Of a DNA stretch of 64,000 nucleotides, positions 26,563 through 41,609 are shown piece by piece. This DNA is from Eledone cirrhosa. Lineage: Eukaryota. The position numbers and the translations under genes were made by a program. Within the stretch, counting starts at the first letter, position 1. Every line of letters begins with the position of its first letter. Location: positions 56,234,001 to 56,298,000 of the forward strand of contig OZ024746.1 of the NCBI GenBank assembly GCA_964016885.1, in the 5' to 3' direction. The notes under the pieces were generated by a model that was not told the DNA's origin, made no database searches, and worked only from the letters and a program-made list of their open reading frames with translations.

Positions 26563-27458
26563 AAAATAAAATAAAATAAATAAGTCAAATGTTTAAAATT
26601 TGTCTTCCTTTATTACTGCTATATATATTTCGGTGACAGCCATCTTTGGCTGTGACTTCATCCGAATTTCAGCCTCAAAGCGCCTCTTCTCCTCTCATTG
26701 TTCAGTTGTTAGAACATTCCTCAGTCAAAAGTCTATAGAAATTAGTTCTGAGGCCATCCATCTGTAGCCGTTGTTCTCTATTCTTGTCTTGGTAGTGGTG
26801 TTATTGTTGGAGTCAGCTCAAAAAAATGTGATAAAATGGTAGAAGGAATAAGATGGAAAAGGAACAAAATAAAATAAAATAATGGAATAAAATGTGTGTG
26901 TGTGTTATACCCATCTCAATGTTATAAAAATTTGTAAGGTCAAATTTCCCATTGGTCAGTTTTGAGAGCATTCCTCAGTCCAAAGTCTATAGAAATTCTC
27001 TCTGGGGTGAGGCTCCCTGTAGTGTTTGTATTCGATTATTTTATTTTATTTTGTTCCTTTACCATCTTATTCTTTGTTCTAACAACTGACCAATGAGAGG
27101 AGAAGAGGCCCCTTGATGCTGAAATTCGTTTGTTTGAATTCATATGATTCCAGTTTCTCAGTGAAATAACAACCCAACCAGGAACTGGGCATATCGGAGT
27201 ATTGACAAAGTTATACACCTCAACACCACGTGTCCTCTTCTCTACCACACTAATTCAGACTGCCTGAAGAGGTCACAGCCAAAGATGGCTGTCACCGAAA
27301 TATATTTAGCAGTAATAAACGAAGCCAAATTTTAAACATTTTCCTTATTTATTTTATTTTATTTTATATTGCTCCGAAGTAACCAAACCAACGTGTGCAC
27401 TTCGTCGAGTGCTCCAATCTGCATACTGAGGTGTTGGTATACAACCAACATATACTAT
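26563..27458. mobile_element. Non-coding palindromic HHR element, family D
   Basis: Inverted arms 26563-26657 / 27270-27366, 26663-26715 / 27077-27128 and 26842-26885 / 27035-27075; HHR intact on the right arm and 5'-deleted on the left (26615-26660). Confidence 0.8.
27259..27313 (+). ncRNA. Type I hammerhead ribozyme, family D (canonical core intact)
   Basis: ACTGC-CTGAAGA-GGTCACAGCCA AAGA TGGCTGTCACC-GAAA-TATATT-TA-GCAGT: perfect stem I, 10 of 11 bp in stem II. Confidence 0.9.
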
Positions 27459-27481
27459 AAAAAAAAAAAATTATATATATA

Positions 27482-27551
<70 letters not shown>

Positions 27552-28956
27552 TTCACAAATCTAAAAGAACATACATACATGGATACATACATAGATACAA
27601 AGTTACATACATATGTACATACATATGTTCATACATATGTACATACGCACATGCATATATATTGTTATTCTTATTATTGGTGACATGGCAATATCGGGAG
27701 AGCTCAAGTAGAAAGCTTTGCTTATTTAGGACTTTCTACGTTCTGACATCAAATGCCACCGAAGACAACTTCACCATTTATCCTTCGGGAGTCGAAACCA
27801 AATACATAATCCACATTCTCTTCGCCAAAAAGGCTTTTTTAAGACACTACAAGAAATAATTTTTTTTTTTTTTTTTCGCTTAAATTCGCTCTTCAGAATA
27901 ATGTTTCGCATCCTACGTTTTGATGTAGGTTACGAACAAGTATCAAGAATATTTAAGAAAATTACATTTGGAGAATGTTCAATTTACTAAGATTTAATTC
28001 TGTAAATAAACTCCATATTCTAATTTGGAACATGTAGGAAGTGTTTCTGACGGAAAGCCATCCTTCAAAGTGTCTATGCCTAAAATAAATACGCGTATCT
28101 CATACTGCCATTCATTCACATATGCATACAATCAAACACACACAGAGACACACATAACAACAACCAAAACAAACACAATCACATATACATTAAGATATAT
28201 ATATGTGAGTGTGTGTGTGTGTGTGTGTGCCATATATATATATATATATATGGTGAAGGTGCGTTCGCAATCGAGAGGCTGTGAGTTGAATTGCTGCAAC
28301 TGAAGGTGCGTTATGTCCCTGTTTCACGTTGCTCCTTCTACCTGGAGTTGCGAACGATAGATAGTATTAGTAATTGGAAAGACTAACGGAAACATTGTTT
28401 CCTCTGTCCGATTTGACGCATATCGACCCATTGTCGATATATATATATATAAATTCTTGAATGACAATTACCTATCTTATTTACTTACGTTTTTTGCATT
28501 ATACATTACACAACAGTTTTCCATTTTATCACCACATATTTCTCTAACATATTTCACGCTATATGAAAATTTTAAACATTTTAAACTCTTTTAATATGCT
28601 TTAACATTCTACATGATATATACTTTATTTATTTATTATATAACTCTTGCCTCATGCATGCCTTTATTAATTTGTGCATGATATACCCTTAACATTACCT
28701 GCTTTCAATGCTATGAAATGTTTTATCTATCTTCTCTGACACCTTTTTTGCTTTCATATTTTGCACATGCATTATCTTAAAGAATATCTATATATATAAT
28801 ATGATCAATACTTCACTTTTTACCGTTGCTGCTTATACTGTGATTTCTGTAGCAAAACATCTTTTTGTAACTCCTGCTTTTCTATATGTCAATACTCATG
28901 TATCCATGTAAATGTTCTGAAGATTAGGATGTTAATTACCTGTTTAAACATTGTCT

Positions 28957-29005
28957 ATGTTCCGATGATCCCAGGCATTAGTCTGGAAGAAACAATTGTC
29001 CGCAA
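28957..29005 (+). ncRNA. Hammerhead-like motif (U4 to C) in a T-rich pLTR-like island at about 28450-29140
   Basis: CCGATGA-TCCCAGGC ATTA GTCTGGAA-GAAA-CAATTG-TC; palindromic loop III; stem I weak. Confidence 0.65.
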
Positions 29006-29228
29006 TTAAATTTATTAAAAGATTTGATTGTTTTATATTTTGTATCTCGGCTGTGTGATACATTTGATAATTTACATTGAGCCTTTTCTCATATTGGTAA
29101 TTAGCTAGAGCTTAGTACAACCCTCCATATTTATAATTATATATATAAACCATATATAAGTATAAATATTATTATTATTACTATATATATATATTTAATT
29201 AGAAAGTGAACAACACTAAACATAACTA

Positions 29229-29296
29229 CTCCCTTACCAAATGTTTCTGCATCCCAGACAATATTGATATACGTCTGGATCGGTCATCAGACAGAG
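29229..29296 (-). ncRNA. Hammerhead-like motif, degenerate stems
   Basis: CTCTGT-CTGATGA-..TCCAGAC..GTCTGGG..-GAAA-CATTTGG-TA-AGGGAG. Confidence 0.55.
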
Positions 29297-30969
29297 ATGT
29301 TATGGATCAAAAATAGGAAATGAGATTTAAAATCTATTAAACATTGGAAGTAAAGCTCGAAATCTAACGGAAAATATACATAAGGAAAAAATGGTAAGCA
29401 AAATAATATATAAAAAGATATAGCAGTATAAAATATAAAGCACCAGTAATTCATTCGGGTCGATTTAATCGACTTTCACTTCTCCTCAAATTGCTCGACT
29501 TCTGCATATAGAAGAATTAATTATCAATTATGATGTATTATCGTTTTAATAATTATTTAAGAAATAAACATATTCCTCATTAATTTTTCTTTCCTTGGGC
29601 ACTTAACCTCTGACTCAATCGAGATTGGTGCCATCGTGTCATATGGTGTGTCTTGTACATCCTTTATTCTGGTGCAGCTAAACATTTTTCAGATCTAAAG
29701 AGAGCCAATTTCTTTTAGAGAAAGATAGATATAAATTGCGCGCAAAAGAATGAAGGAGAGCTATAGGAAGAATCTGCCACAATACTGGCCTGGTAATATA
29801 TTATAGGCCTCTAATAGTTGCAAGCCGAAGTTGACCTAGACGGAATTTGACATCACATCATTGATATCCAGAACAAATGAGAAGTCGGTGCCTCAGTATT
29901 GAGTTTGATTCAGAATGTATTGCTGGTTCGAATAGGTCTAATTCAACTTGACATGGAATCTTCAATATTTTTTAGGATATACATGGCTTCCTGTTTCAAT
30001 ATATTTTCGATGCTATTTAATGACAAGAAAAGAACAATGTTAGATTTCGATTTACACAGACGATACCTTAGTTACTGTTTTATTAGTTATCCAGTTTCAT
30101 ATATATCCCTGATATATTAGTTAGAAATGTGTTTTATATTAATATTTCACTACATTAATCTCAATGGCAGTATCTCATTTATTTCACATACTTTTCAGAA
30201 TAATCAGGAATTTGGACGTGTTTGCAATATAACTAAATAACTCCTTATGTATCCAGTGTTCCGTACATATTTTAAACGAATCGTATTACGTAAATCAAGG
30301 TACGATTGTTTTAAGTAACTATAAACACTTTGAAATCAGCGGCTTTGAAGTGGTCACTTCAAGAAGGTTCGGATCAAACATGTTAATGGATAGCCTAGAA
30401 CGAAGTATAAACCTGGCACAAACTTGGGATGACCAGAGATAGAATCGTTTTATTAAAGGTTTTCTTATGAAAGCGTAACATGTATGTGTGGAGGCATTTA
30501 TACATTGAATGAGATGACAAACGCACATTCACGCTAACGCCACCATGCATATACATACAATACATTTGCACAATTTCAAAACGATTCGACTCAAAGTCTG
30601 TAAGAATGTTGTAAATGGTCTAACTTATGTCAACGACTATGTATTTCATTCACACTCACCCACAATTACGGAAGTAATCCATAAAACTAAATACATGACG
30701 CTTTACCCCTCTAATACAATCTGATTTATCTACCTAACTCCCATACATACTGCAACCTTCTGTTATATACGCTTATAAACCCACTCCTTAATAATTTCCT
30801 TTAGAGCGAGAGAGAAAATAAAGGAGGTAGCCAGAGAGACAGAGACAGAGACACACGTTAAATACATGACGCTTACATCTCTTATATACGCTTATAAACC
30901 CACTCCTTAATAATTTCACACAATTACATTTTGTGTATAACATATTTACAGGTTTATTGAGTAACAAAA

Positions 30970-33900
30970 AAAAAACAAATAGGGATTTTGGGCCAAACAA
31001 CAAATTGCTGACAGAAGCGCGCTTTCAACAATCTGTGAGCTATTTATTTGCCGTTCGTACTCCCATTTTTTCCCCTGCGGAACGCAGACAGTTTTCAGCC
31101 TTCTACTTTCAAAGGCAATTTTGCTGTAGAAGTAACTTTCACCCGTTCTTTTTCACATAAAATGCCACCTAAAAAGAAAAACCGCCTCGGTTGCCATACC
31201 GCGTCAGCGGCGGCGATGAGGGCGATTACAGCAAACGAGCCCCCCGAGGAAAGTGCTTTAAGACTTTCACAGAGCGCCTTACGTTCAGCGGAATGCAGAG
31301 CTGCTGAAAGTTTTCAACAACGCCTAGCCAAGATGGCTTCATACGACGCCGCGAGACGTGATGCGATGTGCGATTCAGAGCGTGCGATACGTCATTCCAA
31401 AAAAAACGCTTCTACTGCTACTTTCAGGGCTTCACAGGGCCCAGAACAAAGGTCGATTTGCCTGAAAAGAAACGCTGCTGCTACTGCTGCTTCTAGGGCT
31501 TGAAAGGGCCCAGAACAAAGGGAGGCTCGACTGAATATAAACGCTGCGGCTACTGCTGCTTCCAGCGCTTTGGAAGGTTTGGAACGGCGGACAAATCACC
31601 TTGCTAGGAACGCTGCGGCTATGACTGCTTCCATGGCTTCTGAAGATGCAGACGGGCGCTCCATTAGGATTGCAAGGGTGGCTTGTGCTACTGCTGCGAG
31701 AGCTTCCCACGACCCACAGGAGCAACATACTACGTTGGAGCGGAACAGTCGACGACAAGAAGCTGCCCGCGGTGTGACGAGCCCCGACAGCCCATACTGG
31801 CACCTATGGGCTTTCAAATATGAGCCCAACGTTAACTACTCGATGAGTGCCGACATAAATATAGGAGAAATGCGCTTCAATTGCAAATTCTGCAATGCTT
31901 AAAAGTGGGCTGGGGAGCCACCTGCAATGTGCTGCTTAAACGGTAAGGTCAGCTTGCCCTCTCTTAGGAACTACTATAGTCTTTGAAGGAACTACTTACT
32001 GGTTCTACCTCAAGGTCATCCAAATTCCTTCGACTTCTCAGGAAGTACAATTGTGCGTTTCAAATGACTTCTTTTGGGGCTAACGTTGTCAGAGAAAGTG
32101 GTTGGATGCCTACTTTCAAGGTCCATCTTATTGGCTCGCTCCAGCCACTACAAATTGCAAGCCTTCCTTCCTTCCAATTTTCTTCATTTCTAACTACAGT
32201 AGGAAAGTTGATGCGTGGTTCGGCGTTATTCCAACACCTGCAAACACTGACGCTGACACTTTTGAAAGGGACGTGCTGCTCCGTCTTCAAAACATGCTTC
32301 ATGAGCACAACATTTGCAGTTTCAAATACGCATTGGAAACAAATCCTTCACCAAACTTCACCATTGTCATCGATGCTGACAAAAGACCTTCTGGAGAGCA
32401 CGCACGCCGTTATAACGCTCCTTCGTGCAATGACGTGGCCGTAGTTATCCATGGTGAACAGCACAATAAGCGAGACATATTCTTCAAAGTCGTGACAGTG
32501 GTCTTAAACATATTAATGAGACGCATCGTTCATACGACGCCCTGCAGTATCCCCTTCTTATTGCATACGGAGAAGACGGGTACCATGTCGGCATTCCTCA
32601 GCGCAAACCAAACGAGCCCACTGCTGCGACATCTAAAACTGTTTCATGTATGGCTTTATACTCATACCCCTTCATGACGAGGCCTAACGATTTCAGCACC
32701 CTGCACAAGTCACGGGAACTGTTTCACCAGTTTGCAGTTGACATGGCTGCAAAGATGGAGTCGGAGAGACTGTGCTTCATAAAATTGAATCAGGAGCAGC
32801 TGCGCTCATTCTCCTACATCCATTTGCGCGACGGCATCAGGAATGACACTGACCTCCGGAACATCGGCAAAGTGTGCATTCTCCCCTCAACCTATAGGGG
32901 GGGGGGTACATGCACGAGCGAACACAGGACGCTATGACGTTCTTTCGGCATTATGGGCGCCCCGATTTATTGATCACGTTTACGTGTAGCCCCAAGTGGG
33001 TTGAGGTTACGCGGGAACTTATCCCAGGGCAGTAGTACTGCCATCGGCATGATATTATTGCCAGGGTTTTCAGGCAGAAGCTGGCTAAGCTAATTGATCT
33101 AATACAAAAAGGGAAGGTTTTCGGGCCTGTTAGGTGCCACATGTATACTGTTGAGTGGCAGAAGAGAGGGTTGCTACACGCGCACATTTTGGTTTGGTTG
33201 GTCACCAAAATAGACTCTACAGTTATAAATGACGTCATCGCAGCGGAAATACCGGACCCCGTTGTTGACCGGCAGCTGTATGACATAGTGAAGACACACA
33301 TGGTGCACGGTCCGTGCGGTCCCGGTTTTCAAGAGTTCTCTTCATGCCACAAGGACCATGTGTGCACTAAACAATACCCAAAGAGGTTTGCTGAGGAGAC
33401 CCAGACCGGAGGCGACAGATACCCACTGTACAGACGAAGGCGGCCTGAGAACGGTGTATTCACTATGACGTTACGGGGTCATCAAGTTGATAATAGGTGG
33501 GTGGTCCCGTACTGTCCATTTCTGAAGAAAATGTTCAACGCTCATATAAATGTGGAGTTCAGACATACAGTGAAGTCGAACAAGTACATATGTAAATATC
33601 TTAACAAGGGTTCCGACGCTGCCATGTTGGGCCTTCAAACGACAATAGCAGGGACGAGGTCTCGGAGTACTTGGCAGGTCGATATATCAGCAGTGGTGAA
33701 TCTTTTTGGCAGATAATCGGGTTTCTACTTCACCAAAGGCACCACGCCATCATACAACTAGCGGTTCATTTGGAAAACAGCCAGCGGGCTTACTTTACTG
33801 AAGAGACTGCTGCTCATTTGGCAGCCAATCCAAAAGAAACAACTTTGACTGTTTTTTTTTACGATTTGCCAAGTTGACACATTTCCCAAAACACTTTCAT

Positions 33901-36670
33901 ATCCTCAGGTCCCGTCCTACTACGTGTGGTGAAACAACACTTGGGTGCGTAGGAAGTCAGGACAGGATGTTGAAGGACATCCTGGTGTCAAGTTTGACAG
34001 TTGTCTAGGAAGAGTGTACACTGTACCCCCCTACCAGCATGAGTGCTTTCACCTGCGCCTTCTCCTCCATGAGGTTTTTGGCCCACACAGCTTTCGAGAC
34101 ATAAGAACTGTTGACGGTGAATTATGTGATACTTTCCGGGAAGCCTGCTTTAGGCGTAGTCTTTTGGAGGATGATTCACAATGGGGCGCCACTATGGCAA
34201 AGGGCATTTTGTTGAAATCTCCTAAAAGGCTAAGATCGCTTTTCGCTATTCTACTCCTATGGTGCGTCTTGGGTGATCCGGACTCTTTATGGCTTAGCTA
34301 CAAAGAGTACACGCTCAGTTGCTAAACCCATCGATGGAGGTCGGGTACAGTGACCTCATTTACAACAGGGCGCTGCTTGAAATCGAAGATACTGTTCTCG
34401 ATATGGGCGGTAGTGGGTTGGCTGTGTATGACCTACCTTCAACAAACCGGGAAGGCGCAAACACTCTGTCTTCGGATTTGCTGCGTGAGACATCTTATAA
34501 TGTTGACGAGCTTGCCCAGTACATAGCGGAGAATGAACCAACGCTCCTTCAAGAACAGAAATTCGCTTACAACTCCGTTGTTAATTCTATCCGGGCAACG
34601 CTGGGGGGATTTTCTTTCCTGGACGCTCCTGGGGGGACTTTTGTCACCCAATTAATATTAGCTGAGATTAGGCGAACAGAAGGCATTGCCCTAGCTGTGG
34701 CATCATCTAGAATTGCGGCTACTTTGTTGCCGGGCGGCAGGACAGCTCACTCCTATTTCAAGCTCCCGCTTGACTTAGCGAAGACTGAGTCACCCAGTTG
34801 CAACATCAGTGAGAGCTCCGATCAGGCAGAAGTGTTCAGACGATGCAAGCTTATCGTTTGGGACGAATGCACGATTTCCCACAGAGGTGCTCTTGAGGAG
34901 CTCAATAGAACTCTGAGAGACATCAAAGACTCTACGGCTCCAATAGGAGGCATACCACTTCTTCTTTCAGGGGACTTCAGGCAAACACTTCCCGTTATTC
35001 CCAAGGAACATAGAGCTGATGCAGTACGTGCGTGTCTTAAGTCATCCGCATTGTGGCCCCTGGTGAAGACTCTGAAACTTCACAGTAACATGCGTGCTCA
35101 TATGCGAAGTGATATCACATCAGCAGCATTTTCACGCACCCTCCTTGCACTTGGCGAAGGCGAAACGCCCGGGGATGAAAAGGGTAATATTGCCATCGAC
35201 TCACTTTGTACCGTTGTTAGTACGCCTTCTTAATCCAGGGATGCAGTGTTCCCAGATCTCCAAGCAAATTATCAGAATATGGATTGGCTTGCCCAAAGGG
35301 CTATTCTGGCCGCGTGGAATAAAACTGTTAACCATATTAATGATATTAATGATAAAATGATAAAACTCATTCCTGGGGATGGCTACCAGAGAACTCCTGA
35401 CCCCGAGGACGTCATCAACTATCCAATAGAGGTACTAAATTCCTTTGAGCCCCCCCCCCCCCCGATCACGCCCACACATTTTGAAACTTAAAGTTGGTGC
35501 CCCTATAATGCTCATTCGAAATTTGGTTCCGCCGGAACCAATGGCACACGTTTGGTCGTTAAGTCCATAGCTCCCAATCTGATTGAGGCCACGAACATCA
35601 CAGGTTGCGATCGGGGCAATGTTGTGCTCATACCGAGGATGCATCTTTTCCCATCAGGAGCATACCTACCTTTCACATTTCGGAGGTCCCAGTTCCCGGT
35701 CAGGCCATGCTTCCCAATGTCAATTAACAAAGCGCAGTGACAAACACTGTCTGTCGCGGGAATACATTTGGAGAAGCTGTGTTTCTCTCATGGTCAGCTT
35801 TACGTTGGCTGCTCGCGCGTCGGCAGCAAGAGTGATGATTTCGCATTCGTTCCGCAAGGAAAAACAAAATTCATTGTGTACAAGGTGGTTTTATAGGATT
35901 ACCTCGATTCCTAATTTAATAACTTTTTGATTTTTTTTTTGTTTTTTGCCTTTTCGTGAGTACTTTCTAAGTAGGTTAACCTTCACTGCAGTGCACTGGA
36001 CACTACCCACTATCTGCCGTACAAAGGCTGATTCTCGCGGCGTTACAAAGCTTCTTTGCAACTCCGACCCTACTCAAATATTAGCTGTTGCTCCTCACAC
36101 CAACCCCCGTACGATTCTCAAAGGGTCAACAATGCTTCAATGACGGGATTTACATTTTTAGGCGGTTCCCTGCAATTATTTCATACTTCACCAACACCTG
36201 GCCTCCGCTCAGCTCTATTTCCATCTCTCCGTCGGCACAGCAGCAGGCTTATCTTCTACGTCCGACGTACATGATGCACCAACCATACGATGAACCCTCC
36301 TCCACTTTTTTGGTTGTCATAATTCGACAATGTTTTCAGGCCCCTGTTTGCGGTTCCCTCAATCCACCCCCTCCCCCGTTAAAACATGTCATGCAGAATA
36401 ACTCCATTGCAGCTCTGTTGTTCGGGTGGCATCGTCTACGCGCGTGTTGCGCAAGTACTGTGAAACAATAAATTTGAACACATCTTTGCACAGAGATAAT
36501 ATCAATAGGCGAAACTACAATTGTCACTGCTGGCGCAGCTCCTGCTTCGGCAGCACAGGTTTGCAATTCATTCAACCAGTGCCTGGCAGACAAAAAAGTG
36601 GTGCCAATGGGGTGTGCAACCTAACTTTGGTAACTTACTGACCCCGAGCAACGCCGGGCTTAAATGCTAG
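30970..36670 (+). mobile_element. Helitron (5' boundary uncertain)
   Basis: RepHel remnant; 3' hairpin CCCGAGCAACGCCGGG (36643-58) followed by terminal CTAG (36667-70) and T. Confidence 0.92.
31161..35900 (+). pseudogene. Helitron Rep/Pif1-helicase (RepHel), multiply disrupted
   Basis: Rep motifs RPDLLITFTCSPKW, YTVEWQKRGLLHAHIL, KYICKYLNKG; helicase motifs FLDAPGGT (GKT lost), IVWDEC, GDFRQTLPV, QFPVRPCFPMSINKAQ, SHGQLYVGCSRV. Confidence 0.93.
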
Positions 36671-36722
36671 TATATATATAGCAGTATAAAATATAAATTA
36701 TAAATATAAATATAAATATAAA

Positions 36723-36787
<65 letters not shown>

Positions 36788-36872
36788 GTAGGAGGTGAGT
36801 CTTATTGTAGTACAATAAAGCAATGCAGATATCGGATAAGAAGCACTCTACAGTTTGTGGGACTGGATATAT

Positions 36873-36933
<61 letters not shown>

Positions 36934-37216
36934 ACGTGTATGCATATAACCATGACCACATTTACTTTATGCATATAAGTGCCCCTGTGTGTGGCGTGGG
37001 TGTCTCCTAGTGTTTGCGGATGAGAGAGTGTTTTCGCCATCCCTCCTTTGAACAAATCTAATTGGTGATATCACAAATTGATTGTTCGGTATAAACACAC
37101 ACATATATATATAAATGTACGTGTGTGTGTGTTTCTGTGTGTTTGTGTGTATAAATATATAAACAAGTGGAAGCTTAGTAAAATCGAAGCTTTGACTGTG
37201 GCCAAGCTAACGACCT

Positions 37217-37260
<44 letters not shown>

Positions 37261-37318
37261 TTTACATATACATAAACATACATACACACACACATATATA
37301 TATACATATATATTTACG

Positions 37319-37349
<31 letters not shown>

Positions 37350-37352
37350 GTA

Positions 37353-37415
<63 letters not shown>

Positions 37416-37528
37416 TTGTGTGTGTGTGTGTATGTATATATATATATATATATACATACACACAAACACACACACACACATATATATATATGTATATATA
37501 TGTATGTGTGTATATATGTATGTATGTG

Positions 37529-37559
<31 letters not shown>

Positions 37560-37572
37560 ATATATATGTATG

Positions 37573-37608
<36 letters not shown>

Positions 37609-38574
37609 GACGAATCTTTACAATGTACAACGACAACAGACAAGCAATCAACAAGCAATACGTACGTACAATGAGTGACTATTAGTGTATACATACCGGA
37701 TTATACGTGATGATACGTGCTTGGATCTTGATGGATTTTTAATTTTGTTTTAACGTGTATTGAAACCGTTTAAGCAACTTAATCTAATTGATAAAAGGTG
37801 CAGTGAAGAAATCTCTTTGGTCTTTCCAACATAATAAACATTTAGTGTTTGTCTAAATTAGATTTTATATTGCTGCTTCTGATTGCTGCTTACAAGACCT
37901 TAGCAGCGTAGCATTGTCAAATCAATCGAAGATAGAGACTTTATTTCGTAAACAATTTTACGTGAAAGTATGTATATATATTCTTTATCTCTCTTTATTT
38001 CTCTTATTCCACCATTACTACATCGGCAGGTGCTGTCTATACTGTCTATACGTTGTTGCTGGTAATAAGAACAAAACATATGCGCAATATGTCTCAAGAT
38101 TTTCTTTGGAAACATTTTTTGTCTAATATTGGATATTCTTCCTCAGCGTAAAATAATTTTAGTTTATGATTATTGTATCAAATATGTTATCAGTAAATTA
38201 AGCCTCGCTTTTTATGGAGAAGGTGTAACAGAGTTATTTATTTTTTTTAAATAATAGGTTCTTTGATAATTGGCTCACTATTTAATTAATCCACCCGACT
38301 TGATTTTATCGTTGAATAGACAATAACACATATTGCAGTGAATGTTCTAAGATATTTGCATTAAAATAGTTACTGGCAGGACTCGGTTATTCAACTGGTC
38401 AATTAAGTGGCACGTGGTTCTGTGCCGTTTGTCTGGTAAAATAGGGGTTGATTAGACTATAGCCTTGTGATTGTAATTATGTACAGTCACACACACACAC
38501 ATACATACACACGTATGCACATACATACACACACAGACATGTACATACGGTATATATAATCTCCCTATCGGTTG

Positions 38575-38720
38575 AGATTAAATTTGGCGATATATGGCTG
38601 CGCTTTCTAGCAGCATGCCTACCCGCCGTAAGCGACCAATCACACGCTTTCTCTCTGGCTGGTACACAGCTACATAGCGATCTTGGCCATTTTTGAATCT
38701 AAATTTGGCGCGGTCTGTCT
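38575..38720. promoter_or_regulatory. CpG-richer segment with promoter-like motifs
   Basis: CCAATCA at 38636, GCCATTTT (YY1-like) overlapping TTTGAA at about 38686-97, TTTGGCGCG (E2F-like) at 38703; no linked exon found. Confidence 0.3.
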
Positions 38721-39112
38721 GAGAAATTAAATGTCTATTTCTGAGTTTGTCTCCTGAAGATTCCTGACTCAAAAAAGCATATCCATATTATTTGGATGTC
38801 CTAAACTAGGAAGAAACCATGGTAGAGATATAATTACGGTATGTGCGCATTTCTTCTAAGTTTAATTTTACTACTAATTACGTGCGGTTGACGGTGTATT
38901 TGATCGGATTCTGCATGCTGCCGAAATGTTTGATAAATGGTGAACGGAGTTAACGCGAACTAGCTGCGGTCAGTTATTTGTCGGAGATTTCCCCGTTAGA
39001 AAAGTTATTCTTAAAGCTTGCTAGATTTGATTATGTATATGGTTAATTATGCTGATTAGAAGAAGAAATAGTATATATTTTAATATCTGATTAATTCTAT
39101 AGACATGAGTTA

Positions 39113-39147
<35 letters not shown>

Positions 39148-39375
39148 TATGCACACGCACACACACACATATACACACACGCACACACACACACAACCAC
39201 ACACATACATATACATATATATATACACACATATATATATACATTATGCTTCATCAAGACTGTATACTTTTGCCAGACTGTTGAACGGTTGAAAATATAT
39301 AGTATTACTTGTGTGTATTGTGCATACTTACATTTATGTATCAGCTGTGCTAGGGCGAGACATAAAATTCTAATT

Positions 39376-39464
<89 letters not shown>

Positions 39465-40809
39465 ATATATACGTGGGTGGGTATATGTGTGTGTGTCAGT
39501 ATTTGTTTTTGGTTATTTCTAGTAACGTAGCTGTTCGAATAAATGAGATCAATAAAATGATTAGCAAAATATGAAACTAACAATAATTACTGTAGTCAAT
39601 ATGATTGAATAAATCCGTTCAATACATTGCATTTGCATAAACGTCGTTAATGACACAAACCATTACAGAATAAAGAATAATAAATTCTTTCGAAACCTTA
39701 AATTGTTAGCTGCCTGAAATGAAAACATTGTATTAATCCCTCTTTACTGATTACATTTCACCAGGAAAAACATATTTTTATGCAGCAATATTGTTTATCT
39801 AATTAACCACTATGTGACTCATACTTTATTTAATCGGCCCTCGGAATGCTAAACAGCATTAATTAGTATGTTTGATCGTTGAACGTAGAAACGGATAAAA
39901 ATACGCAAATTATTTTGTCCTATGTTTGACAGAAAAATGCTACATAATTTTGTTAATAAATGCTTCACTGCCTTTATTAAATCTAAGAAGATAAAGAAGA
40001 TAAACAACGCTGTTAATGTCATTTTCTGTCCCTCTACCTCTTTCCATACGATCTCACTATTTATTGTTTTATTCCTCGTGTATAGGACCAAGAAAATCTA
40101 TTAATACAACGTTTTTTTATATTACGAAATGTCTGACAGTTTTCATCAACTCTAAAATTTGCTCATAAAAATCTAGAATTTATTAAGCTGTTATAAAGCT
40201 GTTTAAATCCGTTCTGCGTCTAGAAATCAAGGTTAATTCTTTATTTTAACTAGTAACAAGGAAACAGCGAGAATGGCCACGGGGAGGACTTGGTGTTGGA
40301 AATTACAATATCAGTTTTCGTAATATGGAAAATTTTAGAGAAGGAATGTCTTCAGCTAAAAGATAACGATAATAAAAGAAAAATATAATAACCAACTGCA
40401 AAATAATGCTTCGACAGGAAATTAGAAAGGTAGAAATTCGCTCAATTTTAGCTTTAGATTGTATGAGAAACGAGTAAAGTGTTAATAACAAAGGAAACAG
40501 CTGTAGGAAATAAAGACATTGAAGACAGTAAAAACTGGATCTTTTGCAGAAATGTCATTATGTTAGGAGTAACGACGATGTATTGCAGATTACAAGGAAT
40601 GATTTAAAAGGTTTTGCAGTAATCGCACATCTGTAAAAGCAAACAGAACATTGTTATGAATTGAAATATACACACAGCTATACAGGTAAAATAATGGCAG
40701 CAGAGCTGAGGAAATGAAGATATACATAGTCACACAATATAGTATATATATGTGTATATACATTATGTTTGTGTATGCAAATGTATATAAATGTATATAT
40801 GGTGAGATA

Positions 40810-41112
<303 letters not shown>

Positions 41113-41609
41113 TTGTGTATGTATATTTATTAGGTAACCCATTGTAAAACACATTTCTGTGATGTCACCTGTTATTATGTAATCATCTTGTGAGGCAATC
41201 ATACCAACACTTATTCAGACTAGGTTAGGTAACACACATGGGAGCTATGAAGACGGATCAATTTTCGACGCTGCTATTTCATGGCAAATAAAAGTAAAAC
41301 AAAAAAGTACAGATTGGGGAGAAGGGCGAAATAGAAAACAGAAAACAAGAGTAGAGAAAAACTAGCAATGACTGTGATAACAAACATTAGCAACAACAGC
41401 AACGCTAAAATACTGAGAACACGGCATCAACGATAATGGCAACAATAGAATGGTGGTGGTCAAGATCATGTTTCGTTGAAGATGAGCCGAGAGGTGTCGC
41501 TGACTGTTGTTGGCTAGCTGTCACTGGCACCACAACAATTACCACATTTGTAATTGTTACTGCGTCAGACGCAGCCAACATTGCCAACGGCATTATTCTT
41601 ATTAGTAAA

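Noticed and set aside
35950-36600. Captured host gene in the Helitron 3' region
   Set aside because: Short ORFs in several frames with no recognisable similarity
38578-38772. 64 aa minus-strand ORF as a host exon
   Set aside because: Non-ATG start, no recognisable domain, no clear splice context
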